From IMG/VR virus record IMGVR_UViG_3300005512_002353: a stretch of 64,000 bases of DNA. The stretch is one strand, 5' to 3'. The position numbers and the translations under genes are program-made. Position 1 is the stretch's first letter; every line of letters begins with the position of its first letter. Of the stretch, positions 40,268 to 50,303 are shown in pieces. The notes beneath the pieces are model-generated. The model was not told the DNA's origin, did not search any database, and saw only the letters and a list, made by a program, of their open reading frames with translations. Source of the stretch: a virus (lineage: Duplodnaviria; Caudoviricetes).

Positions 40268-41735
40268 GATACTTTGCATAGGTAACAACACACAAGACAC
40301 TGACGCCAGATGTCAACAAGTTGCTGAGCGATATGATGTGCCGTATCGTGGATTGATCGATTCAGCGCCAGAGTCTATCAGACCAGGATGTTATCACTCA
40401 AGTTATTATGATCTAGATTATTATGATCTAGAGAATCTTACATGCAGTATGGATCTCGTGATATTATTGGATCAAGACATATCCACTTACCCTGATGAGC
40501 ATGGCTTCCATAAGTCGTTAGATCTGGTCAAGTCACTCTCTGTTGACACGATCATTGAGAACACTAACTTGGCCAAACCCCTCGTCTCTGATCTGGTCAA
40601 CACCAATCCAAGTTTTTGCATTTATCCATTTATACAGAAGATGACCTTTGATGAGAGACTACCATGTTGTTTCAGTGTGGGCCACTTGGATTCAAAGACT
40701 AGAAACTTCCCCTCGCTGGACCAGTTGAGAGAACAAATGTTGCGTGGGGAAAAGAACGCTACTGTGTGTTCCTATTGTTACGAGCAAGAGGAAATGGGTT
40801 ATGTTAGTGAGCGTATGATCGGCACCAAGGATTGGTCCTTAAAATATAAGATATACACTATTGAGGATCTAGAAAGAGCGACAGAGAATTATCCGATGAT
40901 GTATTCAGCTGAGATCGGAAATACCTGTAACTTAATGTGTAGGACATGCTCGCCAGAAATCAGCTCATTGATAGAGAAAGAGAATCGAACAATTAAACTA
41001 TACGACTACGATCCTAGATTTATACCACCCAATGGACTAAATCAAATTGACATCAATAAGGCAAGACGGGTCTACATCAGCGGAGGTGAACCAATGGCTG
41101 TTGACGACACTGTTGAGTTCTTGGAGAAGCTGGTCAACAACGGCAAGACAGATATCGAACTACACTTCAACACGAATGCCACGATACTCACGGAAAGATT
41201 TAAGAAATTGATCAAGAACTTCAAGGACGTTAAGTTCACTGTGAGCATAGATTCTTTTGATCAAAAGAACACATATATCAGATGGCCCAGCAGTTGGACC
41301 AAGATCGTTAAGAATCTAGAATATCTGCTAGAGCAAGGTTATTTCGTCATGGTTAACACTGTGATGTCGGTGTATAACATATCCGATCTATCAGAACTGT
41401 TTATCTGGCTGGATCAATATAAAAACATAGCACTGGACGTCTCTGACGCTAAACCCAGAGACGGGATACTGAGTGCATTTATACGACCCGACGCAGAAGT
41501 AATCTTGGAAGATCTTACTAAGATAACTAAGTTAGGGCTCTATAATAACAACAAGGACATACGCAGTGCCATAGATGGATACATCGAATATTTCCGAAAT
41601 CCTAGATCTGATTTGGAAAGACTGCAGGAATTTTTTAATTACAACGATCAACTTGACAAAGCGAGGGGATCTAAATTAGGGGACTACTTCCCTAAATTGG
41701 AACAATGCCGAAAAAGACTAACGAAACAGATTTAG
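40251..41735 (+). CDS. radical SAM enzyme 4 (N-terminal twitch, extra ~115-aa N-terminal domain)
   Basis: CIYPF, PCC, CSYC; CNLMCRTC; SGGEP. Confidence 0.85.
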   Translation: MPMKHKILCIGNNTQDTDARCQQVAERYDVPYRGLIDSAPESIRPGCYHSSYYDLDYYDLENLTCSMDLVILLDQDISTYPDEHGFHKSLDLVKSLSVDTIIENTNLAKPLVSDLVNTNPSFCIYPFIQKMTFDERLPCCFSVGHLDSKTRNFPSLDQLREQMLRGEKNATVCSYCYEQEEMGYVSERMIGTKDWSLKYKIYTIEDLERATENYPMMYSAEIGNTCNLMCRTCSPEISSLIEKENRTIKLYDYDPRFIPPNGLNQIDINKARRVYISGGEPMAVDDTVEFLEKLVNNGKTDIELHFNTNATILTERFKKLIKNFKDVKFTVSIDSFDQKNTYIRWPSSWTKIVKNLEYLLEQGYFVMVNTVMSVYNISDLSELFIWLDQYKNIALDVSDAKPRDGILSAFIRPDAEVILEDLTKITKLGLYNNNKDIRSAIDGYIEYFRNPRSDLERLQEFFNYNDQLDKARGSKLGDYFPKLEQCRKRLTKQI

Positions 41736-43051
41736 AATACAAACGCAGAGTGATTGACATCAAGAGTGACTCATTCTGTGCGGCCAAATGGTATAACGCT
41801 ACCATATGGTTGGGGTCAGGCATGACCACAAGTTGCCATCATCCTTTACCACACAAGATCACTACCACGGAAGTGGAACGTAATCCCAAGGCACTACACA
41901 ATACAGAACAAAAGAAAAAAGAACGTGCCATGATGCAGGCAGGTGAGAGACCTAAAGGGTGTGAATACTGCTGGAAGATCGAGGACATGGGCAAGGATGC
42001 CATATCAGATAGGGTTTATAAGACAGTCATATATGAGGACAAGGAGTTAGACGATGCCTACAATACTAAATGGACACAAGATGTTGAACTTAGAACTTTG
42101 GAAATTGCTTTTGATAGGACTTGCCAGTTGGCTTGTAGTTATTGCAATCCCGCTTTTAGCAGTAGTTGGGTTAGGGACATTAAGTTTAAAGGCAGTTATA
42201 CCAACTTGGTTAGTGACGGCCGCAATCATTTTACTCATACTCACGACAGCAGTCAGTTGTATACTTATGGTCAGCATAATCCTTACATTGAGGCCTTCTT
42301 CAAGTGGTGGGAATCCGATCTACACAAGACACTCCAAGAACTAAGGATAACCGGAGGTGAGCCACTGATGTCGGGCTACACCTGGCAACTGTTAGAATGG
42401 TTCCAGAAGAATAGAGGACAGAGTCAAACACGTCTCGCCATCAATTCAAACTTATCATTTGACAAGGAAAAGATAGATAGACTGATAGAAGGAGCTAAGG
42501 AAGTTGAGCTTGATCTATATACCAGTAATGAGGCATGTAGCACGAAGGCAGAATATATCAGAGATGGGTTAGATTACCAAGTATGGCAAAACAATGTGGA
42601 ATACTTGTTAGACAGTCGCAGACTTAGGGGACTACATGTAATGTGCACCATTAATGCACTATGTTTAACTACGTTGGATAAGTTTTTGAAACAGATAATG
42701 AAATGGAAAGCAGAGTATGGCAAGGACAGCATTAACTTTACCTTAAACATCCTACGCTTTCCTAGTTTCCAATCACCGTTAGTGTTACCAAAAGACATAA
42801 GACTTGGTTATGCCAATAGATTAAAATTATTCCAGGTTGGATATAAGGAATCAATGCACGAGTTTGAGAACAATCAATTAACCAGACTGATAGAATACCT
42901 GGATGTGGTGGAAGTTCCACACTCAGAAGCATTCGAGATGCCCAAGTTATTAAATGATTTTAAACAATTTTATACACAGTATGATGAACGCAGAGGAAAA
43001 GACTTTATAAAAACATTTCCGGATTTAAAGGATTGGTATAATGGCCTATAA
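41705..43051 (+). CDS. radical SAM enzyme 5 (N-terminal twitch; paralog of enzyme 2)
   Basis: CAAKW, SCHH, CEYC; CQLACSYC; TGGEP. Confidence 0.88.
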   Translation: MPKKTNETDLEYKRRVIDIKSDSFCAAKWYNATIWLGSGMTTSCHHPLPHKITTTEVERNPKALHNTEQKKKERAMMQAGERPKGCEYCWKIEDMGKDAISDRVYKTVIYEDKELDDAYNTKWTQDVELRTLEIAFDRTCQLACSYCNPAFSSSWVRDIKFKGSYTNLVSDGRNHFTHTHDSSQLYTYGQHNPYIEAFFKWWESDLHKTLQELRITGGEPLMSGYTWQLLEWFQKNRGQSQTRLAINSNLSFDKEKIDRLIEGAKEVELDLYTSNEACSTKAEYIRDGLDYQVWQNNVEYLLDSRRLRGLHVMCTINALCLTTLDKFLKQIMKWKAEYGKDSINFTLNILRFPSFQSPLVLPKDIRLGYANRLKLFQVGYKESMHEFENNQLTRLIEYLDVVEVPHSEAFEMPKLLNDFKQFYTQYDERRGKDFIKTFPDLKDWYNGL

Positions 43052-44306
43052 TTATAATTCATCAGAACCTGTAAAAATAAGTTTGGATCAATTAACTGAA
43101 CGTGAAAAGTTTTTGTTAACAGAGTCTAAAACGTTTTGCATGTATCCCTGGATACATCTGCACAGTTATCCAACAGGTGATGCTTATCCTTGTTGTCATG
43201 CCGAGATGCCTGAGAAACTAGGCAATTGTCAACAGCAAAGTATGAAAGAGATATGGTCTAATGATAAGACTATTAAGTTACGTGATGACATGTTAAACGA
43301 AAGAGAAAATCCTGCCTGCACTAGATGCTATGAACAAGAGAAGTCAGGATTCTTTTCAGGTCGTAAGTCAGCCAATAAACATCACGGACATCATATTAAA
43401 AAAGGTGTAGAACTAGATCCTCCTTTTGAAATGTCATATTGGGACATACGTTTTAGTAATCTATGTAATCTAAGTTGTCGCAGTTGTGGTCATATCTTTA
43501 GTAGTTCGTGGTATCAGGATCAAGTTAAACTTGCTGGCGAAGGTTGGGGTAAAAGTAATAAGCCTCTCTTCTGGGCAGGCCGTCATGAAACAGATATGCT
43601 AGAACAACTAATGGAACACCTTGACTATGTAGAGCAAATATACTTTGCAGGTGGCGAACCATTAATGATGGATGAACACTATGCTATCTTAGAAGAACTA
43701 GAAAAGCGTAAGAAGTTTGATGTTAGGCTGATCTACAACACAAACTTTACTAAAACAAAACTAAAAGATCGTTATGTGTTTGACTACTGGCGCAAATTTG
43801 ATTCAGTGGCAGTGGGTGCTAGTTTAGATGCTATGGGACCACGTGCTGAATATATTAGAGCAGGAACAGACTGGGCAGAGGTAGAACAGAATAGACAGTT
43901 AATGATGGAACAATGTCCTCGTGTTGACTTTTATATTAGTCCTACGCTGTCAATACAAAACGCCCTGCACTTGCCAGACTTCCATCGTGATTGGGTGGAG
44001 AAAGGTTACATACGACCACAGGACTTAAACGTTAACATATTACAAGACCCTGCGTGGTTACGCATAGATATCGCACCTGAATCGTATAAAGAAAAGATAC
44101 GTAGTAAGTATCAACAACATTTAGAATGGTTACGTCCACTAGACAAATTAAACAGAGCAACAGTGGGATTTGAAAGTGCATTAAACTTTTTAGAAACAGA
44201 TAACACTAAGTTACTTCCTAAGTTCTGGGAGCGTATGACAGAATTAGATCGCATTAGAAACGAAAATATATTAATAGCAATACCTGAATTAAATGAAATT
44301 GCCTAA
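43041..44306 (+). CDS. radical SAM enzyme 6 (N-terminal twitch)
   Basis: CMYPW, PCC, CTRC; CNLSCRSC; AGGEP. Confidence 0.88.
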   Translation: MAYNYNSSEPVKISLDQLTEREKFLLTESKTFCMYPWIHLHSYPTGDAYPCCHAEMPEKLGNCQQQSMKEIWSNDKTIKLRDDMLNERENPACTRCYEQEKSGFFSGRKSANKHHGHHIKKGVELDPPFEMSYWDIRFSNLCNLSCRSCGHIFSSSWYQDQVKLAGEGWGKSNKPLFWAGRHETDMLEQLMEHLDYVEQIYFAGGEPLMMDEHYAILEELEKRKKFDVRLIYNTNFTKTKLKDRYVFDYWRKFDSVAVGASLDAMGPRAEYIRAGTDWAEVEQNRQLMMEQCPRVDFYISPTLSIQNALHLPDFHRDWVEKGYIRPQDLNVNILQDPAWLRIDIAPESYKEKIRSKYQQHLEWLRPLDKLNRATVGFESALNFLETDNTKLLPKFWERMTELDRIRNENILIAIPELNEIA

Positions 44307-45498
44307 CAAGACATTTTGCGTGTTACCCTGGGTCAGTGTTGAGACAAGTCCCATTGGCACCATGCGACCATGTTGCCTGGCGGAAGATGAGCTGATCAAT
44401 GATCAGGGTGAGAAATTACGCATAGGTATAGACACTGTGGAACAAGCACAGGAATCCATGCGTGGTCTGCGTAGTCAGTTTCTAAACGGAGAAAAGCCAG
44501 AGACCTGTAAGAAGTGTTGGGCAGTTGAAGCATCAGGTGGCAAATCAAAACGAGAATATACCTTAGAACGTTTAGAGTCAATGATTGATGATACTGAATG
44601 GACACAAGATGCAAAACCATTGATGTTTATAGACTTTAAACTGGGCAATATCTGTAACTTAAAATGTCGTATATGTGGTAGTTGGAGTTCTAGCAGTTAT
44701 GCCACAGAAGAACTACAAGAGTTTCCAAAGGAACAACAAAAGTCTAGTTTCCCTTATAAGATGATTGAACAAGGCCGTTGGCCAAGGGAAGCAGATAGTT
44801 TTTGGCAGGAGATGTCAGACAACGTGGACAACATACGTTACCTAGAGTTCACTGGTGGCGAACCTTTCATGATCAAAGAACACTTTGACTTCCTAAAAAC
44901 ACTAGTGGACAAAGGTGTTGCTAAGAATATCGAAATACATTATAATACCAACGGCACACAGTATCCAGAGAAGAACTTGGCAGTATGGCAGGAATTTAAG
45001 TTAGTTGAGATAGCATTTTCAATAGATGACGTTAGTGAACGTTTTGAATATCAACGTAAGAATGCGTCATGGAAAGAAGTAAATGAGAACATACAGAAAT
45101 TTAAACAACTCAAACAGGAATTTGGCAACATAGTCCTACAGTGTTGTTCCACTGTAAATGTTTTTAATGTAATGTATCTAGAAAAACTAAGTTACTGGAT
45201 TGATCAACAGGATTTTGATTTTGTCTACTGGAATATCTTGCATGAGATATGGTATAATTCTGTTGCTAATCTACATCCGTTTGCTAAACTCAAAGCACAG
45301 GCAAGACTAAGTTTTGTGCATAACAATAATAGACATTACAACGATTTCCAGCGTATAATAAAGTTTATGGAACAGGGCCAGGGAAACGGCACAGAAGAAC
45401 TAATCAAACAAGTCACAAGATTCGATCGACTGCGTGGGGAATCATTATGGTCCCATCATCCAGAACTAGCAGAGGCAATAGGTTATGAACGAACCTAA
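44293..45498 (+). CDS. radical SAM enzyme 7 (N-terminal twitch)
   Basis: CVLPW, PCC, CKKC; CNLKCRIC; TGGEP. Confidence 0.88.
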   Translation: MKLPNKTFCVLPWVSVETSPIGTMRPCCLAEDELINDQGEKLRIGIDTVEQAQESMRGLRSQFLNGEKPETCKKCWAVEASGGKSKREYTLERLESMIDDTEWTQDAKPLMFIDFKLGNICNLKCRICGSWSSSSYATEELQEFPKEQQKSSFPYKMIEQGRWPREADSFWQEMSDNVDNIRYLEFTGGEPFMIKEHFDFLKTLVDKGVAKNIEIHYNTNGTQYPEKNLAVWQEFKLVEIAFSIDDVSERFEYQRKNASWKEVNENIQKFKQLKQEFGNIVLQCCSTVNVFNVMYLEKLSYWIDQQDFDFVYWNILHEIWYNSVANLHPFAKLKAQARLSFVHNNNRHYNDFQRIIKFMEQGQGNGTEELIKQVTRFDRLRGESLWSHHPELAEAIGYERT

Positions 45499-46792
45499 CA
45501 ACAGACCTGCTACCTTGTGTATGGCTCCCTGGACTCATACTTACCTAAGCCCACAGACTGAGCGTAGGATGTGCTGTGCATCAAGAGAACCTGCACAGAA
45601 CTTTGAACAGTATATAGATACCAAGGCAGGCACAGGCAAGTATATCCCCCTCACACTAGATGAGCATTGGAACAGTGAGCACATGAAGTCAGTGCGTCGA
45701 CGCATGATGGCGGGCGAAACCCTGCCGGAATGTGACGTGTGTAATAGCAAGTTATTGAATACTGACGTTTACCGAACATATTTTGATCACCTATTCTCCA
45801 GTAAATACTATAGTAAGATTTGGGACACAACGGACGAGACAGGTTACACCACAATGAAGCCTGTTAGTTGGGATTACAGGTTCACCAATTTATGTAATTT
45901 CAAATGCCGTATGTGTGGGGATATGTTATCCAGTGCTTGGGAATCAGAACAACGTAAGCATGGGATGATAGATTTTAAAAATCCCAAAAATAATTGGATG
46001 GTGCCTGCAGTGCGTGATGAAATATCTAAGTTTCAAGACACGCAAATAGAGCAGGAGTTCGCAGACGCAGTCGAAGACCATAGAGTCGAAGAGATATACT
46101 GGGTAGGCGGAGAACCGTTGATGTATGAGCAACACTGGCGATACATGCAACGCATCATTGAATTAGGAGATGGACCAAATGTTTATGCTCGATACAATAC
46201 CAACCTCAGCCGTGTTGATTATAGAGGCTGTAATCTTTATACTGATATCCTTAGCAACCTACGCGATTGGCAGATATGTGCGTCAATCGACGGAACAGGA
46301 GCGATTGGAGAATATATTAGGACGGGTCTCAACTACAATTCTTGGCTTGAGAATCTCGATCAGGGAATTGAGAACGCAGTTCATAGAAGACAGATTCGAC
46401 TGGACTTCACGCTCACACTCCCTGGATTATTCGAAGTTGAAAATATCCAAGAACTTGCGAGAGAAAAAGGAGTAGACATCCTGGCCAAAGTGGTGTTTGG
46501 GTTTACCCCAGACATCATCATGAGCCCACTCGCACTTCCAAGATCCATATTACATCCATGGCTCGATGAACTAATACCTCGCAGTCAAGGAGCCATGCGT
46601 GATATATTACTGCAACTAAAAACAAGACCTACATTTGAAGAACAGTTTCCTGACACATGGCAACAGGCTCTGATTGACGGTAAGAATCGTATGCTACAGT
46701 TAGAGGTCATAAGAAAAGATACATATACCATGCGTGACATATTAAGTAATAGAACAGACGCATTAGAATGGTGGGATGACATTGGAAGTTAA
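45485..46792 (+). CDS. radical SAM enzyme 8 (N-terminal twitch)
   Basis: CMAPW, MCC, CDVC; CNFKCRMC; VGGEP. Confidence 0.88.
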   Translation: MNEPNNRPATLCMAPWTHTYLSPQTERRMCCASREPAQNFEQYIDTKAGTGKYIPLTLDEHWNSEHMKSVRRRMMAGETLPECDVCNSKLLNTDVYRTYFDHLFSSKYYSKIWDTTDETGYTTMKPVSWDYRFTNLCNFKCRMCGDMLSSAWESEQRKHGMIDFKNPKNNWMVPAVRDEISKFQDTQIEQEFADAVEDHRVEEIYWVGGEPLMYEQHWRYMQRIIELGDGPNVYARYNTNLSRVDYRGCNLYTDILSNLRDWQICASIDGTGAIGEYIRTGLNYNSWLENLDQGIENAVHRRQIRLDFTLTLPGLFEVENIQELAREKGVDILAKVVFGFTPDIIMSPLALPRSILHPWLDELIPRSQGAMRDILLQLKTRPTFEEQFPDTWQQALIDGKNRMLQLEVIRKDTYTMRDILSNRTDALEWWDDIGS

Positions 46793-47879
46793 AGTTACTC
46801 TACGTGATCCATTGGATAAACAAGATACTTTAGATTACTATATAGTTTCTAACGACACACAGTTAGCCAAGGACTGGATTCAGGCATTAAAAGAAATACT
46901 ATCAAGTAATTTAACTTTACAAAAAGATTTTTGCTTTTTAGGTTTTCCTAATTCAGCAAGAACAATAGAATATATTTGTAACGAATTAAATCATGCTGTA
47001 AAAACTATTAACAGTTATGACTTTACTCAGCACGGGTTAAATCCTTATATCATTGAAGAATATTTTACACCCGATTCGGTAAGATTTAGTGAAGACTTAT
47101 ATCCAGTAGGTCCCACTGGCAACGATGCAGTTGATAGTCCAAATGATCTTGGATTAAGAATAAAACATTCTATAATGAATCAACTACACAATCATTTTGA
47201 GGTATTAGAAGGCACAGTAGAACACCCAAGCCCATACGGACAGAATGCACCTGCTGATGTTAGACGAGCAATTGGACAATTGAACTATAACTGTCATGAA
47301 TTAGAAAGTCTGATACTAAGCCAACGAAAATACAAAGTAACACCAGAGTGGGTTAGGCCAAGTCAGATAACAACGTTTGAATCTTGTAAACGATATGATT
47401 TAACAGATGAACATAGACAAGGGTTTATTGATAATAATTATGATAGACAGTTTGGCCATGTCTACATGCACTGGACACAGATAGGCAAAACTTTATTTGA
47501 AGTGTTCCGTGATGAAGGCGCACCAGACTTAGATGAAGCAACCTGTGAAGCAATAACACATCTTAGATATTACTCTGGCGAATTTGATGTGGAATGGGCA
47601 AAGTCTGTTACCAAAGACAGTAATTATAGTTGGCACAACGATGAGCAGTTGCGTTTTGAAAATTGGTTATTGAAACATGGATTGGATCCTCGAGACCCTA
47701 AACTTAGTTTAGGCTATCTACACTTGGGTAAAGTAGACCTATTACGTAGTTTTGGCACAGAGGATATGTTTGAAGTTTGGAATCAGGTAGGATCACACTT
47801 AGATATATACAGTATCGAAGTTGATGGTATTAAACAAGTATTTGATTATTGTTGGAGTGATAAAAATGAAATGGATTAA
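46776..47879 (+). CDS. hypothetical protein (His-containing 'NQLHNHFE' and 'CHELE' motifs, possibly metal-binding)
   Basis: 367-aa ORF coupled to the radical SAM array. Confidence 0.6.
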   Translation: MTLEVKVTLRDPLDKQDTLDYYIVSNDTQLAKDWIQALKEILSSNLTLQKDFCFLGFPNSARTIEYICNELNHAVKTINSYDFTQHGLNPYIIEEYFTPDSVRFSEDLYPVGPTGNDAVDSPNDLGLRIKHSIMNQLHNHFEVLEGTVEHPSPYGQNAPADVRRAIGQLNYNCHELESLILSQRKYKVTPEWVRPSQITTFESCKRYDLTDEHRQGFIDNNYDRQFGHVYMHWTQIGKTLFEVFRDEGAPDLDEATCEAITHLRYYSGEFDVEWAKSVTKDSNYSWHNDEQLRFENWLLKHGLDPRDPKLSLGYLHLGKVDLLRSFGTEDMFEVWNQVGSHLDIYSIEVDGIKQVFDYCWSDKNEMD

Positions 47880-47967
47880 AAATTTAATTAATAAGATTAA
47901 ATTAGAGATACGGTATCGAAAAAAATTAAAAGAACTCAAAAAGCGTGATCCGTTTATATATAAATGA
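47866..47967 (+). CDS. 33-aa basic peptide ending in DPFIYK
   Basis: Not in ORF track; MKWIKNLINKIKLEIRYRKKLKELKKRDPFIYK*, fills the gap exactly and is ATGA-coupled to 47964. Confidence 0.7.
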   Translation: MKWIKNLINKIKLEIRYRKKLKELKKRDPFIYK

Positions 47968-48146
47968 GTAACAATATAGAAAGTCCTTGTATAGGAGTTT
48001 GCTCAGTAAATCCCAACACAGGGTATTGTCATGGGTGTTCACGGACACAAGAAGAAATGGACAGTTGGTCGACAATGTCTGATAAAGAAAAAATAAAATT
48101 AATTAACGAATTAGAAAAAAGACAAGATGAGTTATTTGGGGATTAG
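47964..48146 (+). CDS. DUF1289-like small Cys-rich (putative Fe-S/Zn) protein
   Basis: 'SPCIGVC...CHGCSRT.EE...W' pattern. Confidence 0.75.
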   Translation: MSNNIESPCIGVCSVNPNTGYCHGCSRTQEEMDSWSTMSDKEKIKLINELEKRQDELFGD

Positions 48147-49620
48147 TGCAGGCTTCCATGACGCTAGTATAAGTGTTGTAGACTACGACGGTTCGATTAA
48201 ATTTGCTGGACATGCAGAACGTTATTCAAAACAAAAGAATGATCGTAGCCTAAACACTGATATATTTTATGATGCCTACAACTACACGAATAAGATTACT
48301 CATATTGCCTACTACGAAAAACCTCTACTAAAACAGTTACGTAATTGGCGTTCAGGTATGAAGTTTGATTGGCGCCGTGTAACAACAATGCAGGCCATTG
48401 ATCGAGAAATTCCTCCACGTGCTAGAAGACTAATAGGCACAGGCATACCTTTTTCAAGTTATCATCATCACAAAAGTCATGCGGCCGCTGGCTTTCAAAC
48501 ATCACCATATGATGATGCTACAGTTGTAGTCGTTGATGCTATAGGTGAGTTTGATACTATATCAATTTGGTCAGCACACTATGACCGCAAAGGCTGTGCC
48601 CAATATACGAAACTATGGAGTCAAAAATATCCACACTCGGTAGGATTGTTTTATTCAGCAATGACTCAACGTGCAGGACTTAAACCAAATGAGGATGAAT
48701 ATATCTTAATGGGCATGGCCGCATACGCAAGACCAGACTACAACATGTATGCTGAATTTCTTAGAGATAGAGACGACATAGAATTCTACGATAATCTACA
48801 CGTGGGCTGTGAAGACTACAGACCAGAAATGACAGAGTTTCAAATTGCGGCTTCGGCTCAATACACCGTAGAACAATGTGTTTATAGGATAATGGAGAAA
48901 GCACGTAAACTTGGACAGAGTAAAAATTTAGTTTACATGGGGGGAGTTGCCCTCAACTGCTCAGCAAACGAGCAACTAGGTAACTATTTTGAAAATATCT
49001 GGATCATGCCCAATCCAGGTGATGCAGGTTCAAGTCTAGGAGCCGCGGCGTTAGCATACGGTAAACAAGTAGAATGGTCACATCCATACTTAGGCACTAA
49101 CATAGAAGGATCATATCCTGTTAATCAGCTACTAGATGAATTGCTTGGTAATAAGATAGTTGGAGTGGCCAGTGGACGTGCAGAGTTTGGACCTAGAGCC
49201 TTAGGCAATAGATCATTACTAGCAGATCCTAGAGGGCCTGAGATAAAGGACAAAGTAAACGAAATCAAACGTAGGCAGAAGTTCCGTCCATTTGCTCCTG
49301 TAATAATGGAGGAGTATGTTGATCAATATTTTATGATGCCAAAAGGATTTCCAACATCACCATATATGCAGACTACTGCTACTTGTAAGAAACCAAGTGA
49401 ATTTCCTGCAGTCATACATCAAGATGGGACCAGCCGTGTGCAGACTGTGAGTAAGGATTGTGGTAGCGGCATTAGACAACTATTAGAAAAATGGTTTGTG
49501 TTAACAGGCTGTCCTATGTTATTAAATACTAGCCTTAATATCAAAGGTGAGCCGATGGTTAATGATAGAGTAGATGCTGATCGTTTTGAAAAATATTATG
49601 GCGTTAAAGTAATATCATGA
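48127..49620 (+). CDS. carbamoyltransferase (NodU/CmcH/TobZ family)
   Basis: 'GFHDAS', 'ERYSK.K', 'HHKSHAA', 'DAIGE', 'GGVALNC', 'EFGPRALGNRS', 'FRPFAP', 'DGTSRVQTV', 'LNTSLN.KGEP'. Confidence 0.93.
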   Translation: MSYLGISAGFHDASISVVDYDGSIKFAGHAERYSKQKNDRSLNTDIFYDAYNYTNKITHIAYYEKPLLKQLRNWRSGMKFDWRRVTTMQAIDREIPPRARRLIGTGIPFSSYHHHKSHAAAGFQTSPYDDATVVVVDAIGEFDTISIWSAHYDRKGCAQYTKLWSQKYPHSVGLFYSAMTQRAGLKPNEDEYILMGMAAYARPDYNMYAEFLRDRDDIEFYDNLHVGCEDYRPEMTEFQIAASAQYTVEQCVYRIMEKARKLGQSKNLVYMGGVALNCSANEQLGNYFENIWIMPNPGDAGSSLGAAALAYGKQVEWSHPYLGTNIEGSYPVNQLLDELLGNKIVGVASGRAEFGPRALGNRSLLADPRGPEIKDKVNEIKRRQKFRPFAPVIMEEYVDQYFMMPKGFPTSPYMQTTATCKKPSEFPAVIHQDGTSRVQTVSKDCGSGIRQLLEKWFVLTGCPMLLNTSLNIKGEPMVNDRVDADRFEKYYGVKVIS

Positions 49621-50294
49621 AAAATATAGTCATCGCCGGCGATAGTTATTGTGCTAGTATAGGTTGGCCAGAACTTCTCGCAGATAAGCTCGGACTAAAT
49701 TTATCTAAACACGGATTTGGGGGTGCCAGTTGGTGGATCACGAGACTATCCCTCATGGATCTTCCAAATGAGACAGTCGACAATACCAACGTGTTAGTTT
49801 TGTGCCATACCAGTGCAGAACGCATTCCGGTGACTGACCCAGAAATATTACAAACAGATTGGCAAAACATAGATCCTAATAATCCCAAACAACTGGCAGT
49901 AAAATTATATTGGTCTGAATTGTTTAGTCCAGAATTTAGCCAGTTCTTCTACTGGGCGAGAGACCTTTGGATCAAAGAAATATCTGAAAAATTTAAACAC
50001 TGCAAGATCATACATCTGCATTGTTTTCCGTGGTCATTGGGTTCAACTGAAGATGTTAATGGTTTAACGGTGACTCCAAATCTTACATCAATATCATTAA
50101 ATGAGATAAATGCCAAAAAAGAAATTGACCATGTGATATGCGATAGACCTAATCACCTTAACGAGCATAATAATCAAGCATTAGCTGATGAGATAGAACG
50201 GCTCATTAAAAATTATCACGATGGCACTGCTGAACTAGATCTATCAAAGTTTGATTTAAAAACCAACAAGTGGGATAGGTGGGGACTTGACTAA
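49617..50294 (+). CDS. SGNH-like protein
   Basis: 'AGDSY', 'GGAS', C-terminal 'DRPNH'. Confidence 0.5.
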   Translation: MKNIVIAGDSYCASIGWPELLADKLGLNLSKHGFGGASWWITRLSLMDLPNETVDNTNVLVLCHTSAERIPVTDPEILQTDWQNIDPNNPKQLAVKLYWSELFSPEFSQFFYWARDLWIKEISEKFKHCKIIHLHCFPWSLGSTEDVNGLTVTPNLTSISLNEINAKKEIDHVICDRPNHLNEHNNQALADEIERLIKNYHDGTAELDLSKFDLKTNKWDRWGLD

Positions 50295-50303
50295 GGTGGC
50301 ATC

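Noticed and set aside
36651-46792. Cofactor pathway (MoaA, PqqE, QueE) or anaerobic sulfatase maturase calls for the rSAMs
   Set aside because: Auxiliary Cys cluster is N-terminal, and no partner moa/pqq/que or sulfatase genes are present
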